Position numbers and translations under genes: made by a program
The notes under the pieces: model-generated
Database searches by the model: none
The model's input: only the letters and a program-made list of their open reading frames with translations
What the model was told of the DNA's origin: nothing
Shown: piece by piece, positions 47,202 through 56,843 of the stretch
Layout of the letters: each line of letters starts with the position of its first letter
Position numbering within the stretch: the first letter of the stretch is position 1
Assembly (NCBI GenBank): GCA_965248265.1
Contig: CBDFJF010000001.1
Coordinates: 1,248,001 to 1,312,000 of the forward strand
Reading direction: 5' to 3'
Source: Candidatus Latescibacterota bacterium
GTDB taxonomy: Bacteria; Latescibacterota; UBA2968; UBA8231
DNA length: 64,000 nucleotides

Positions 47202-48485
47202 ATGATGCGGCTTTCAACCTTCCGAACCGTTGTCACACCCCCATTTGGCCATTCACTCTGTGGCGGGTGGATCCTGCCGGCACAGTACGTCACGACTGCC
47301 CTCTACGCCCAGGGAATCGTGCTCCAGGATGATGCCCAGGCTCCCGTCGTTCTGTGCGCCGTTGACTGGTGTGAACTACGAGCCGCCGACCATGTACTGT
47401 GGAGACAGACCATCGCCGCGGCCGTCGGCACTGACCCGGAGCGTGTCGCCGTTCAATGCGTGCATCAACACAATGCGCCGATCGTCGACCAACTCGCCCA
47501 AAGCCTGACAACACCTCACGGAATGCCGGACTTCGCGGATGAAGCCTGGACCGCGTCCTGCGCCGGCCAGGTCGCCCTCTTCGCTCAGGATTCGATGCGC
47601 AAGACTCGGGAAGTCACCGACATCGGCGTCGGCCAGGCGCCCGTGGACCGGGTGGCCTCAAACCGGCGCGTCCACAAGGTCGATGGAAAACTGGTTGAAA
47701 TGCGTTTCAGTAGCTGTACGGACCCGGAGTTGCGCGGGATGGAAGAAGGCCAGATTGACCCGATGCTGAAAGCGATCAGTTTCTGGTCCGAAAACGAGAA
47801 ATTGGTCTGCCTCCACTACTACGCCACGCACCCGATGAGCTACTACTATGACGGACTCGTCAACCACGATTTCGTCGGCATGGCCCGCGAGCGCCGCACC
47901 GCCGAGGACGACGCCCTCCACATCTATTTCACCGGTTGCGCCGGCGACATCAGTGCCGGCAAGTACAACGATGGCTCGGTGGAAGCCCGCCCCATGCTTG
48001 CCGAGCGCATCTACCAGGGCATGCTCGCGGCGGAAGCGGCGGCGAAGCGATCACCCCAGGCCGGATTTTCGTGGCAAACCGAGAACGTGGCGCTGCCGCC
48101 GGGACCACAGTTCGAGGAGGAATCGCTGCTGGCGACGATCGCCGACTCCGGCTTGGGCGACGATTTTCGCAAACACGCCGCCATGGCCCTCGTCCACCTG
48201 CGCTGGGTGCGGGTGGGAAAGACGACGCCACTGACCAGCCTGCGTCTGGGCGACGACATCAGGATCATTCACCTGCCCGGCGAGCCGTTCATCGATTACC
48301 AGCTCTACGTGCAGGAAAGTTATCCTCAGAAATTCATTGCCGTAGCCGGCTATGGGGACGGCATCCCGGGGTACATTCCGTTGGCAGAATCCTTCGCCGA
48401 AGGGGGCTACGAAATCCGCACGTCCTATGTCGGGCCCGATGTCGAGCAGGAGCTGAAACAGCTGCTGATGACGCTGGCCGTCTGA
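47202..48485 (+). CDS. Hypothetical metallo-hydrolase (neutral ceramidase N-terminal-like)
   Basis: VHQHNAP, YATHP, FTGCAGD, HLPGEPF, AGYG..GYIP...GGYE motifs. Confidence 0.65.
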   Translation: MMRLSTFRTVVTPPFGHSLCGGWILPAQYVTTALYAQGIVLQDDAQAPVVLCAVDWCELRAADHVLWRQTIAAAVGTDPERVAVQCVHQHNAPIVDQLAQSLTTPHGMPDFADEAWTASCAGQVALFAQDSMRKTREVTDIGVGQAPVDRVASNRRVHKVDGKLVEMRFSSCTDPELRGMEEGQIDPMLKAISFWSENEKLVCLHYYATHPMSYYYDGLVNHDFVGMARERRTAEDDALHIYFTGCAGDISAGKYNDGSVEARPMLAERIYQGMLAAEAAAKRSPQAGFSWQTENVALPPGPQFEEESLLATIADSGLGDDFRKHAAMALVHLRWVRVGKTTPLTSLRLGDDIRIIHLPGEPFIDYQLYVQESYPQKFIAVAGYGDGIPGYIPLAESFAEGGYEIRTSYVGPDVEQELKQLLMTLAV

Positions 48486-48500
48486 CTGAGGGTCCTCGAC

Positions 48501-49334
48501 TCATCTGGCGAACCACCGGACCCCGTAGCGGGACCATGTTTGTTCCCACTTGAGTGTTGATACGTTCAGCGTCTGCCGTCGCACTCGCCCGTCCGTGCGC
48601 ACCAGGAGCCATCCCGGCTCGATGATATCGTCGCGGAACTTCAAGGGGATGTCCGGCCGCACCAGAAAAGTCGGTGTGGTCAGTGCCCCGAAGAAGCCTC
48701 CGTCGACGTGAGCGAACTGGGTTCCACACGATGTAAAGACTTCATGATCGACCCGATCTTCTCCCGGAGAGGCCAGGTGGCTCCACAGATTGCGAATGCC
48801 GACTTTCAGCTCGCAGCCGTCGTTGGCGGCGCTGCGCACCTCTTCCCAGCTTCCCTTTGAGGGAGTGCCGTGTTCGTCGTGACAGCATACCTCTTCCCAT
48901 TCGTTCCGAACCCACCAGTGGTATTGCTTCGAGAGCCACTCCTGGTCCAGGGCCCGCTCGAAGGGGGTGTTGTCTACACGGATCCAGCTGGCCGTGGCCC
49001 CATCCGCGGGTTGTCCGTCAAGGGGGACCATGGCCGAGGAGGAAGGCGCGGCCACGTTGAAGATCCAGTATGCGATCGTAGGCCGCGCCCAGAAATCGAG
49101 GCCACAATCCACCGGGTGACGGAGAGTCGACAGCCCACCGACATGGTCGTCATCGATGACCCATGTCGTCTGCAGCGACATCGTCTCCTCCACCAACCCC
49201 GTCGATTCCGGATCGTAAGTCGAAAACCGGCGCAGGTCGGCACCACGGCGGACAGCTTCTGCAACGGCCCCGACACTACCCTCGGCCGGGCGAAAGTCCT
49301 CCCTGACGCTGCATATCCTGGTCCAGTTCGACAT
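48501..49334 (-). CDS. Hypothetical protein with internal duplication (paralog of 38765-39661)
   Basis: Shared blocks GADLR, IDD, LR.PV, WVR..WEEV, KVGI, HEVF, GWL..RTDG, RWF.R. Confidence 0.8.
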   Translation of the reverse strand: MSNWTRICSVREDFRPAEGSVGAVAEAVRRGADLRRFSTYDPESTGLVEETMSLQTTWVIDDDHVGGLSTLRHPVDCGLDFWARPTIAYWIFNVAAPSSSAMVPLDGQPADGATASWIRVDNTPFERALDQEWLSKQYHWWVRNEWEEVCCHDEHGTPSKGSWEEVRSAANDGCELKVGIRNLWSHLASPGEDRVDHEVFTSCGTQFAHVDGGFFGALTTPTFLVRPDIPLKFRDDIIEPGWLLVRTDGRVRRQTLNVSTLKWEQTWSRYGVRWFAR

Positions 49335-49420
49335 GTCTTCCCTTTTCACGATGGGCGTTAGTCGATACACTCACCATCACCTGCGCACAAATTGGGCCCT
49401 GACCATCCGGAGCGCCACCG

Positions 49421-50998
49421 ATGACGCGCTGCCAGCACGGAAACTTGATCCTGAACGAGCCCTGCAGCGTCGGCTTCATGATTCTCAAGCCGCCCTTCGA
49501 GCCCGAGCAGATCTATCCGATCGTCGACCGCCTGGTGGGCACGCAGGTCGACGTATTCAGTTTCTCACTCAGTCGCGGCGGAGACAACTATGGCCATCGC
49601 AGCAAGGTGGCACCCTGGCTACGCGCAGCAGATGATGTCTGGGAAGGAGCCGACTCGTTCTGGAAGTTCGGCCTGATGTACCGCAACCAGATCGCGGTGC
49701 AGGAGGCGGGGTGGGATCCGCTGAGCGTCGTCGTGGAGCGGGCCCATGAGAACGGTCTGCGGCTGTGGGGCGCGTTCCGCATGAACGAAATACACGAGGA
49801 CTGGCCGGAGGCGGCCGTCTACCGTAGCGACTTCAAGAAAGAGCATCCCGAGCTTCTGTTGGGTTCGCCCTACCCGGAACCCCATGTCCGCGGCAACCTC
49901 GATTCTGATTTTTGCTGGGGTTGGAATTACGCCATGCCCGAAGTGCGCGAGCGCCGCCTTGCCGTGATCGAGGAGGTCGCCAACGACTACGATGTCGACG
50001 GCATCGAGCTCGATTTCATGCGCCACACGTTCTACTTCAAGACCGAGGAGCGCGAGCTCGGCATGCCTCTGATGAATGACTTCATGCAGCAGGTGCGGCA
50101 GGTGATGGATCGGGCGTCGGAGCGCAAGGGCCGCCCACTGACGCTGGCCGTGCGTGTCGACCGTAATTTCGCCGAAAACAGGGCCCTCGGACTGGATGTG
50201 CTCACCTGGATCGAGGAAGAGCTTGCGGATCTGTTGATACCCATGGACTGTGGCCGCATGGACATGCAGGCGGATGTCAAAGGTTTCGTGGAGGCCGCTC
50301 GGAACACGAGGTGTGAAATCGCCGGTGGCATCGAAAACAGGACCTACGGCCCCTATGGTTACCTCGCAGACGACGACACCGATTTCTGGCGTTTCGGAAC
50401 ACTGCCCATGCTGCGCGCCGCTGCGCTGGGTTACTACCGGCAGGGCGCCGGCAGTATCTACCTGTACAATTACTTGTACATCCGGGATCATACACAGGTC
50501 GAACCCGATCCTGACGCCTACGCTCGCGATGCATGGCAGGCGCTTTCCGAGATAGGAGCACCCGAGGAGATAGAGCACAAGAGCAAGTGCTATACCGTTA
50601 CAGTCGACCCGATCCCCTTGTACACCGGCGCGCTCGCCAGCGACCGCATGCAATTGCCACGGGTGCTCGAGCACCCAGGCGATTCGCTGACATTCACTCT
50701 CTTCGTCGGTGACGAGCTCGAAACCGCAAGACAGGATGGCATCCTCGATTCCGTGCGCTTGCGCATCACGGCCCAGGACTTCCGGTATCCGGGCGATGCG
50801 CTGACCGTGCGCCTCAACGGCGAGGTAATCGAGTCGATTCGTTATCCATGGCGGCCGCTGGCCCTGATCTACGACGATGTTCCGGCCAGGCTTGGTGAAA
50901 ACTCGGTGACTATCGTGCTCGAGAAACGCCGTCCTGGGCGGCCGGAGCCGATCCAGCTTCAGGGACTGGAATTGCTGATTCTCTACGAAGAGCACTGA
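49421..50998 (+). CDS. Glycoside hydrolase-like (GHL10-type TIM barrel) hypothetical protein
   Basis: FRMNE.H, W.YA.PEVRE, YDVDGIELDFMR, W..E.L.D, G..SIYLYN; C-terminal beta domain. Confidence 0.65.
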   Translation: MTRCQHGNLILNEPCSVGFMILKPPFEPEQIYPIVDRLVGTQVDVFSFSLSRGGDNYGHRSKVAPWLRAADDVWEGADSFWKFGLMYRNQIAVQEAGWDPLSVVVERAHENGLRLWGAFRMNEIHEDWPEAAVYRSDFKKEHPELLLGSPYPEPHVRGNLDSDFCWGWNYAMPEVRERRLAVIEEVANDYDVDGIELDFMRHTFYFKTEERELGMPLMNDFMQQVRQVMDRASERKGRPLTLAVRVDRNFAENRALGLDVLTWIEEELADLLIPMDCGRMDMQADVKGFVEAARNTRCEIAGGIENRTYGPYGYLADDDTDFWRFGTLPMLRAAALGYYRQGAGSIYLYNYLYIRDHTQVEPDPDAYARDAWQALSEIGAPEEIEHKSKCYTVTVDPIPLYTGALASDRMQLPRVLEHPGDSLTFTLFVGDELETARQDGILDSVRLRITAQDFRYPGDALTVRLNGEVIESIRYPWRPLALIYDDVPARLGENSVTIVLEKRRPGRPEPIQLQGLELLILYEEH

Positions 50999-51023
50999 GC
51001 GTCAGGATCAATGAAAGGAAAAC

Positions 51024-52022
51024 ATGGCATACCGTAGAATCGGCGTGATCGGATGTGGAGGAATCGGCGTGGAGCACGTCAAGGGCCTGGTGGGAATGGA
51101 CAGTGCTGAATTGGTGGCCTGTTGCGACCTCAATCAGGACGTCCTTTCCGCCTTCGGCGAACACTGGTCGGATACCTGGAAGGGCATCGCGCCATACACG
51201 GATTACCACACGATGTTGACCGAACAGAATCTCGATGTGGTGACGATCGCCACCCCGGACAATCGGCATGCTGACGTTGTCGTGGATGCGGCCAATGCCG
51301 GCATCAAGGCAATTTTCTGCGAGAAACCGCTCTGTACCAGCATGGAGGATGCCTACCGCATGCGGGATGCCGTCCAATCCAATGGGGTCGTCTTCTCGGT
51401 CGATCACACCCGGCGCTGGCAACCGCTGTGGACGCACATGAAGGAGCAGGTCATCAAGGGTGGTCAGATCGGCGAGGTACAGTATGTCGTCGGTACCCTG
51501 AGTGGCGGGCGCGCGGCGCTGTTTCGCAACGGCACCCACTTGATCGACGCCCTGTGTTACCTGGCGGACTCCGATCCTGCTTGGGTATTCGCGGAACTCG
51601 AAGAGGGGTTTGAGGACTACACCGAATACCGCGGCAACGGAGGACGCGATCCCACCCTGGAGCCCTCAGCCAGCGGCTACATCCACTTCCACAGCGGAGT
51701 CCGCGGCTTCTACACCGGCACCTCCAAGCAGACGGCTGGACCCAAGTGGCGTTTTGAGATCGTGGGCAGCGAGGGGCGAATCCTCGTGGGTAAAGAAGCG
51801 CGGCTGCTGCGCAGCGGAGAGGACGGGGAGACCATCGTCGCCCCGGAGACGGAGATGAGCGGCATACCAGCAGGGGTGCGCGAATTGATCCATGCCCTGG
51901 ACGAGGGGCGCCAAACCAAGTCGCCGATGCCCGCGGCCATGAACGTGATGGAAGTCATCTTCGGCTTCCTGGAGTCCCAGCGACGGGGCAATTCCCGCGT
52001 CGACCTGCCACTGGCCAGGTGA
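51024..52022 (+). CDS. Gfo/Idh/MocA family oxidoreductase
   Basis: GVIGCGGIG, ATPD..H, IFCEKP, NGTHLID. Confidence 0.9.
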   Translation: MAYRRIGVIGCGGIGVEHVKGLVGMDSAELVACCDLNQDVLSAFGEHWSDTWKGIAPYTDYHTMLTEQNLDVVTIATPDNRHADVVVDAANAGIKAIFCEKPLCTSMEDAYRMRDAVQSNGVVFSVDHTRRWQPLWTHMKEQVIKGGQIGEVQYVVGTLSGGRAALFRNGTHLIDALCYLADSDPAWVFAELEEGFEDYTEYRGNGGRDPTLEPSASGYIHFHSGVRGFYTGTSKQTAGPKWRFEIVGSEGRILVGKEARLLRSGEDGETIVAPETEMSGIPAGVRELIHALDEGRQTKSPMPAAMNVMEVIFGFLESQRRGNSRVDLPLAR

Positions 52023-52028
52023 CCGGCG

Positions 52029-52808
52029 ATGAAAGTCAGCTACATCAGCGCGGAGATGTCGGACGATTTCGAACGAGCCGTGCGCCTCGGTGCCCAGGCG
52101 GGGTCGTCAACGGTGTCACTCCGCTCCAAGGTATTCGGCAAGGGCCTCGAGGATCTCACCGAAGACGAGGTGCTGCAAGCACGTCAGATCCTCGCGGACA
52201 ACAATATGTGTCCCGGCATGGTGTTGTCCCCGGTCGGCAAATGCGATATCGAAGATGATACCGCGATCTCGGCTCAAGGTGACATCCTCAAGCGCACGAT
52301 CGCTGTCGCCGACGGTCTGGGTACAAAAACGATCCGTGTCTTCCCTTTCCGTCCGCCCGATCCGGTCCCGTATGGCGATTCCAGGTTGCGTGAGTACGGC
52401 GACCGCATAGTCGAGTGCTGGACGCCGTGGCTGGACATGGCAGCCGAGGCCGGCATCGATTTGTGTTTCGAATGGGTCGGTACCACCCTGGCTCTGACCT
52501 GTGTTCAGATCCGCCAGGTCATCGACGCCCTCGGTTCGCCGGACCACATCGGCGTGATCTGGGAAATCGATGTCTCAGCCCAGGCGGGTGAATCGCCCGA
52601 CGTTGGCTATCCGCATATCCGCGATCTGATTCGCGACGTTCACATCAAGCGCTTCGGCGAGGGAGCCACGCGCGACGAGTACGCCACGGCGTTCAGGCTC
52701 CTACAGACGGGCGGCTACGAGGGCCCGTTGACGGTCGAGCATTGGGGTGGTGAGGAAGAGACTCTCGAGGGTGTCGCGGAAGTACAGGAACTGGTCGACG
52801 AATCGTAG
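52029..52808 (+). CDS. Sugar phosphate isomerase/epimerase (xylose-isomerase-like TIM barrel)
   Basis: IRVF, LCFE, VHIK, YEGPLTVE. Confidence 0.75.
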   Translation: MKVSYISAEMSDDFERAVRLGAQAGSSTVSLRSKVFGKGLEDLTEDEVLQARQILADNNMCPGMVLSPVGKCDIEDDTAISAQGDILKRTIAVADGLGTKTIRVFPFRPPDPVPYGDSRLREYGDRIVECWTPWLDMAAEAGIDLCFEWVGTTLALTCVQIRQVIDALGSPDHIGVIWEIDVSAQAGESPDVGYPHIRDLIRDVHIKRFGEGATRDEYATAFRLLQTGGYEGPLTVEHWGGEEETLEGVAEVQELVDES

Positions 52809-52811
52809 AAG

Positions 52812-53651
52812 CTATTCGGCTGCTGCCCTCGTTATTGCCGCGATCTTATCCGCGAACCTGATCTGGCTGTTGTCCTCGGGGGCATAACCGATGACACGGC
52901 GCGCGTTGGCAATGCTCCAGAAATTGTGGGTGTTGCCGCTGACCCCGTAGAAGATCTGGAACGGCACTCCGTTTTCGTCGGTGATGTCTTCCGTCTCGAT
53001 GCTCTTGACGGTCAATTGCACCTGGTCGCGTACGCTCAGGTAGGCCCCAAGTGCTCGGTGCATTCTCTTCAGGTTCTCAGGTCCGCACGAGTCGATATCG
53101 GTTTCGCGCGGACCGCCGATCCGCAGTTGCACATTCTCCAGCTTGCGACCGTCGCTCACCCCTCCCGTCGCGAAAGCAAAACCCAGAAGCTCGTACGCGG
53201 CCTTTGCCCAACCATAGAAATTGTCAGACAGCGGCTGCATTCCCGGGGTAACCCACTCCATCTTGTCCGCCCAGATCAAATGCTCGTAGTAGTCGGCGGC
53301 ATGGTTGGAGCTGACCACTACCGCCCGCCTCACGCCCTCTTCCACGCAGGTCCGGTAGACGTTGTGAGCCATGTTCACGTTGTCCATTTCCGCCCAGTAA
53401 GCGTCCTCGGGTTTGTCGGCAACCGTGAACCCACAGTGCACGACGGCATCCGCGCCGCGGAAATTCTCCCGGTAGACGTCACGGTCACGCTCCAACAAGT
53501 CGACGACGGTGACATCCTGCACCTCTGCGCCCTGGCGATCCGTGGTCTTGATATCCAGCAACGTCAGGTCGTAGCGTTCCCGCAGCGCCGGCAGTATTCT
53601 CCCGGCGACATAGCCGCAAGCGCCCGTGATCACCACCTTGCGTTTAGCCAC
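52812..53651 (-). CDS. NAD-dependent epimerase/dehydratase (uronate dehydrogenase-like)
   Basis: ITGACGYVA, VSSNHA, NFYGWAKAAYE, LRIG, LS.RD, GVSGN, IGYAPED. Confidence 0.85.
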   Translation of the reverse strand: MAKRKVVITGACGYVAGRILPALRERYDLTLLDIKTTDRQGAEVQDVTVVDLLERDRDVYRENFRGADAVVHCGFTVADKPEDAYWAEMDNVNMAHNVYRTCVEEGVRRAVVVSSNHAADYYEHLIWADKMEWVTPGMQPLSDNFYGWAKAAYELLGFAFATGGVSDGRKLENVQLRIGGPRETDIDSCGPENLKRMHRALGAYLSVRDQVQLTVKSIETEDITDENGVPFQIFYGVSGNTHNFWSIANARRVIGYAPEDNSQIRFADKIAAITRAAAE

Positions 53652-53677
53652 TGATTCTCTCCCTTGCCGCGACACCC

Positions 53678-54520
53678 TCAACCTCGATCCACAAAACCGT
53701 AGGCCTTCTTCGCATTCTTCCACCAGTACTTCTCAGCCGCGTCCGCTCCCTTGGCTTCGAAATACGAGCGTACGACAGATATGACCGTCGCGTAGTCAGC
53801 GTACGCGTCGGACACCGGCCAGTTGCTTCCGTAGACGATCCGATCTTCGCCGAAGGCCTCCCAGATGGCGTCCAGGGTAGGCACGTAATAGCCGGGATCC
53901 GTCGGTGCGGGTTTCACCGCCGTCGTCTCGACGAGCCCTGAACCCTTCATGTAGACCTGGGTGAACTCGCCGGCCCGGTTCATGCACTCGACCCAATGCG
54001 GATCGGGCGGATTGCCGTCGACGGGGACCAGGGCGATGTGGTTGATGACGATCGACAGATCCGGCAACCGCTTCGCCAGCTCACACAGTCCGTCCCAGTT
54101 GTCCGTGTTCATCAGGACATCAAGCTGCAACCCCTTCTTCGCCAGCAATTCCATATCACTCATGAAACTACCGGCGTCGAGATCCTGGAAGGCGTCCCCC
54201 CCGACGCGGATTCCACGGAAGAGCGGGTTGGCGCTCAAGCGCTCGATATCGCCGCCGAACTCGGCCCGGTTGGGATTCACGTGGCCGACCAGACCGACGA
54301 TCCACGGATCATCTGCGGCGATATCCAGAATCCACTGATTGTCATCCAGCCAGGCGCTGGCCTCGACGACCACCGTCCCGGTCACCCCCTCCGAGCCAGA
54401 TAAATTCCTGTGGTGCTCCGGCAGCACGGTCCGGTAGAGCAGCTCGTTGTCCTCCGGTGGCCAGGGTACGCCCTGAGGACGGCTGGGGTCGTAGAAATGC
54501 GTATGCGTATCGATGATCAT
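53678..54520 (-). CDS. Amidohydrolase_2 family (L-fuconolactonase-like)
   Basis: IDTHTHFYD, FRGIR, INH, FGEDRIVYGSNWPV. Confidence 0.88.
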   Translation of the reverse strand: MIIDTHTHFYDPSRPQGVPWPPEDNELLYRTVLPEHHRNLSGSEGVTGTVVVEASAWLDDNQWILDIAADDPWIVGLVGHVNPNRAEFGGDIERLSANPLFRGIRVGGDAFQDLDAGSFMSDMELLAKKGLQLDVLMNTDNWDGLCELAKRLPDLSIVINHIALVPVDGNPPDPHWVECMNRAGEFTQVYMKGSGLVETTAVKPAPTDPGYYVPTLDAIWEAFGEDRIVYGSNWPVSDAYADYATVISVVRSYFEAKGADAAEKYWWKNAKKAYGFVDRG

Positions 54521-54553
54521 CGGCTCTCGCTCGTTTTGGGGTTTCTCTCTCTG

Positions 54554-54752
54554 TCACTCCTGATACCATTCCTGCCTCTTGAGCATCTCCTGCTGCTCGG
54601 CGGGCAGCGCATCGATTGTTGATTTCATCCGTCCACGCTGCGTCAATCTGACCGCCGGTATAGACGCCTGCTTTCAGCCGCTCGAAACCGAATGCATCCC
54701 GGAGTCGTGTCTGCTCCGAGGTCTCGACCACTTCCAGCGCCAGATGCTCGGG
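54554..54752 (-). pseudogene. Degraded C-terminal fragment, probably of an RraA/HMG-aldolase family protein
   Basis: PEHLALEVVETSEQTRLRDAFGFERLKAGVYTGGQIDAAWTDEI, then a frameshift to IDALPAEQQEMLKRQEWYQE*; family assignment from recall. Confidence 0.5.
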
Positions 54753-54870
54753 ATCGTAGGGGTCGTCGTCATGAATCCGTGGTCCTCCTGTCATCAAGCG
54801 CACCATCACACATATATTCGCGCTTGCCGAAGCAGCCGTTCCCTTGCCTGTGAATCGCCGAGCAGACCTC

Positions 54871-56832
54871 ATGTCAACACGGCACGACACGGACGACCTG
54901 GTCACTATCAGAGCATCTGGTGTTTCAGCTCCCCCGGGCTGGGCGCTGATGCAACGTCAGCTCATGGACCTCAACGACGAGGGGGCTGAGCTGTTCTGCC
55001 AAACATACAACGAGCGGGCAGGTGGAATCTACTGGGCCGATTGCGTCGATGATTTCTATGAGCGCTACTACAACTGGGGCCTTCATTTTTCCCTGGGCGG
55101 TGATGAAAACGTCCTGTTCCGGGCACTCGAGGGGTGGAACGCCGTCACCCGCACCGGTGATGACAGCATCGTACACCGCCCCAAGCATCAGTGGTTCTAC
55201 CATGGGGACAAAGCCCGTCGCCGCTTCACGCAGCAAATCCACCGCGAGTACTTCAACAAGCAGTCAAAGTCGGGCGCCGGCTCCGCCGAATGGCACCACA
55301 TGGGTGAGGCCAACATGGCCTTCTACCACCTTGGACTCGCCGATCCGACTATTTCCGAAAACCTGCGGCGCGCCAAATCCTTCGCAGCCATGTTCATGGG
55401 AAGAGACCCGCTAGCTCCCAACTTCGACCCGCAGCTGGGGCAGTTCCGCTCCAACATCCAGAGCAGCGAAGGCCCGGTCCTCGACAACGACGTCGCTCGC
55501 ACGGTCTGGTGGCTTCAGGGCATCGCCTACGGCAAGCCGATGCGGGCCTACATCAACGGCCAGGGGGGACGTTCATCTCTGTGGCCGGCGATAAAGGATC
55601 TGCCGATTGACTGGTTCGAGGACGAGCAGCTGCGTGACCATGTCGTCAACACATTCGAAAAGGCCGTGCTGCAGGGAGATTCGCCTCAGAGTCTGGCGGC
55701 CACCGCTCTCATCACCAATGCCTATCTGTACACGGGTGAAGACGAGTACCGCCAATGGGTCCTCGACTATATCGAGATGTGGATGGGCAAGATTGAGCAG
55801 AACTCGGGAATAGTCCCCGACAACATCGGACCCAGCGGCAAGATCGGCGAGTACAAGGACGGCACCTGGTGGGGCGGCATCTACGGCTGGAATGGGCGCG
55901 GCTACACCAACATCTTCCACTCGCTGACGATCGGCGCCGAGTGCGCCCTGCTGCTGACCGGAGACTACGGGTACCTCGACCTGCTGCGATCCCAGGTCGA
56001 AATGCTGCTCGACAACGCGATCGTGACCGAAGACGGTACTCTGCTCGCCGCCAACAAGCATGGACCCGACGGTTGGTACGACCACGCACCACTCCGAGTA
56101 AAAGAAGCCGCCCACCTCTACCACGCCTCGCAAAGCGAACAGGACCACGCCCTGTTGCTCCGCCTGCGCGAGGGCGACCCCGGCACCGACTGGAGGATCC
56201 TCGAGGATGAGGGGGAGACGGGGCAGGATCGCAACGAGAAGGCACGCTTCATGTACTATGAGGGTGAAAACCCCTCCTGGCCGGAAGACCTCATGCGCGC
56301 CGAGGTGAAACGGACCCTCGAGAACCATCAGTTCATGCTTTCGGACGAGCGCACCCCCGAGCAAATCATCGCTCAGAACCGGGAAGCGGCTAATCCGGTG
56401 GCAACGAAAGGCCTGACGAACGTGGCTCTCGGCGCCCCCCAGGCGGTCTACAACGGAGGTCTGGTCCGTGCTACCGTCCGCTACTTCGACGCCGAGCGCC
56501 GCCGGCCCGGCCTGCCACTGGATGTTGCTGCCTTCGTCGATCGCATCGCCGATCGCGATGTTGGCGTGCACCTGGTGAACACGAGTGTCAAAGAGGAACA
56601 CACGGTAATTCTTCAGGCTGGTGCCTTCGGTGAGCACAACTTCAAGACGGCACGCGCGCGCGCTGACGAATCGCGCCACCAGGCCGATATCAATGGCAAG
56701 TACCTCGCCGTCGCCTTGCCGCCGAGCACCTCGATACAGATCGACGTTGCCATGGACCGCTTCGTCAATCAACCCAGCTACGCTTTTCCCTGGCACGCTG
56801 AGGGCATTCCCATACCCTTCCAAAACGATTGA
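54871..56832 (+). CDS. Large hypothetical protein (Trp/Asp-rich, possible (alpha/alpha)6 lyase/hydrolase)
   Basis: About 650-aa ORF with DDFYE, WHHMGE, PDNIG, WWGG.YGW, R..VRYFD...RRPGLP.DVAA motifs; overlaps the sulfatase ORF. Confidence 0.75.
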   Translation: MSTRHDTDDLVTIRASGVSAPPGWALMQRQLMDLNDEGAELFCQTYNERAGGIYWADCVDDFYERYYNWGLHFSLGGDENVLFRALEGWNAVTRTGDDSIVHRPKHQWFYHGDKARRRFTQQIHREYFNKQSKSGAGSAEWHHMGEANMAFYHLGLADPTISENLRRAKSFAAMFMGRDPLAPNFDPQLGQFRSNIQSSEGPVLDNDVARTVWWLQGIAYGKPMRAYINGQGGRSSLWPAIKDLPIDWFEDEQLRDHVVNTFEKAVLQGDSPQSLAATALITNAYLYTGEDEYRQWVLDYIEMWMGKIEQNSGIVPDNIGPSGKIGEYKDGTWWGGIYGWNGRGYTNIFHSLTIGAECALLLTGDYGYLDLLRSQVEMLLDNAIVTEDGTLLAANKHGPDGWYDHAPLRVKEAAHLYHASQSEQDHALLLRLREGDPGTDWRILEDEGETGQDRNEKARFMYYEGENPSWPEDLMRAEVKRTLENHQFMLSDERTPEQIIAQNREAANPVATKGLTNVALGAPQAVYNGGLVRATVRYFDAERRRPGLPLDVAAFVDRIADRDVGVHLVNTSVKEEHTVILQAGAFGEHNFKTARARADESRHQADINGKYLAVALPPSTSIQIDVAMDRFVNQPSYAFPWHAEGIPIPFQND

Positions 56833-56843
56833 TCAAGAAGAAT

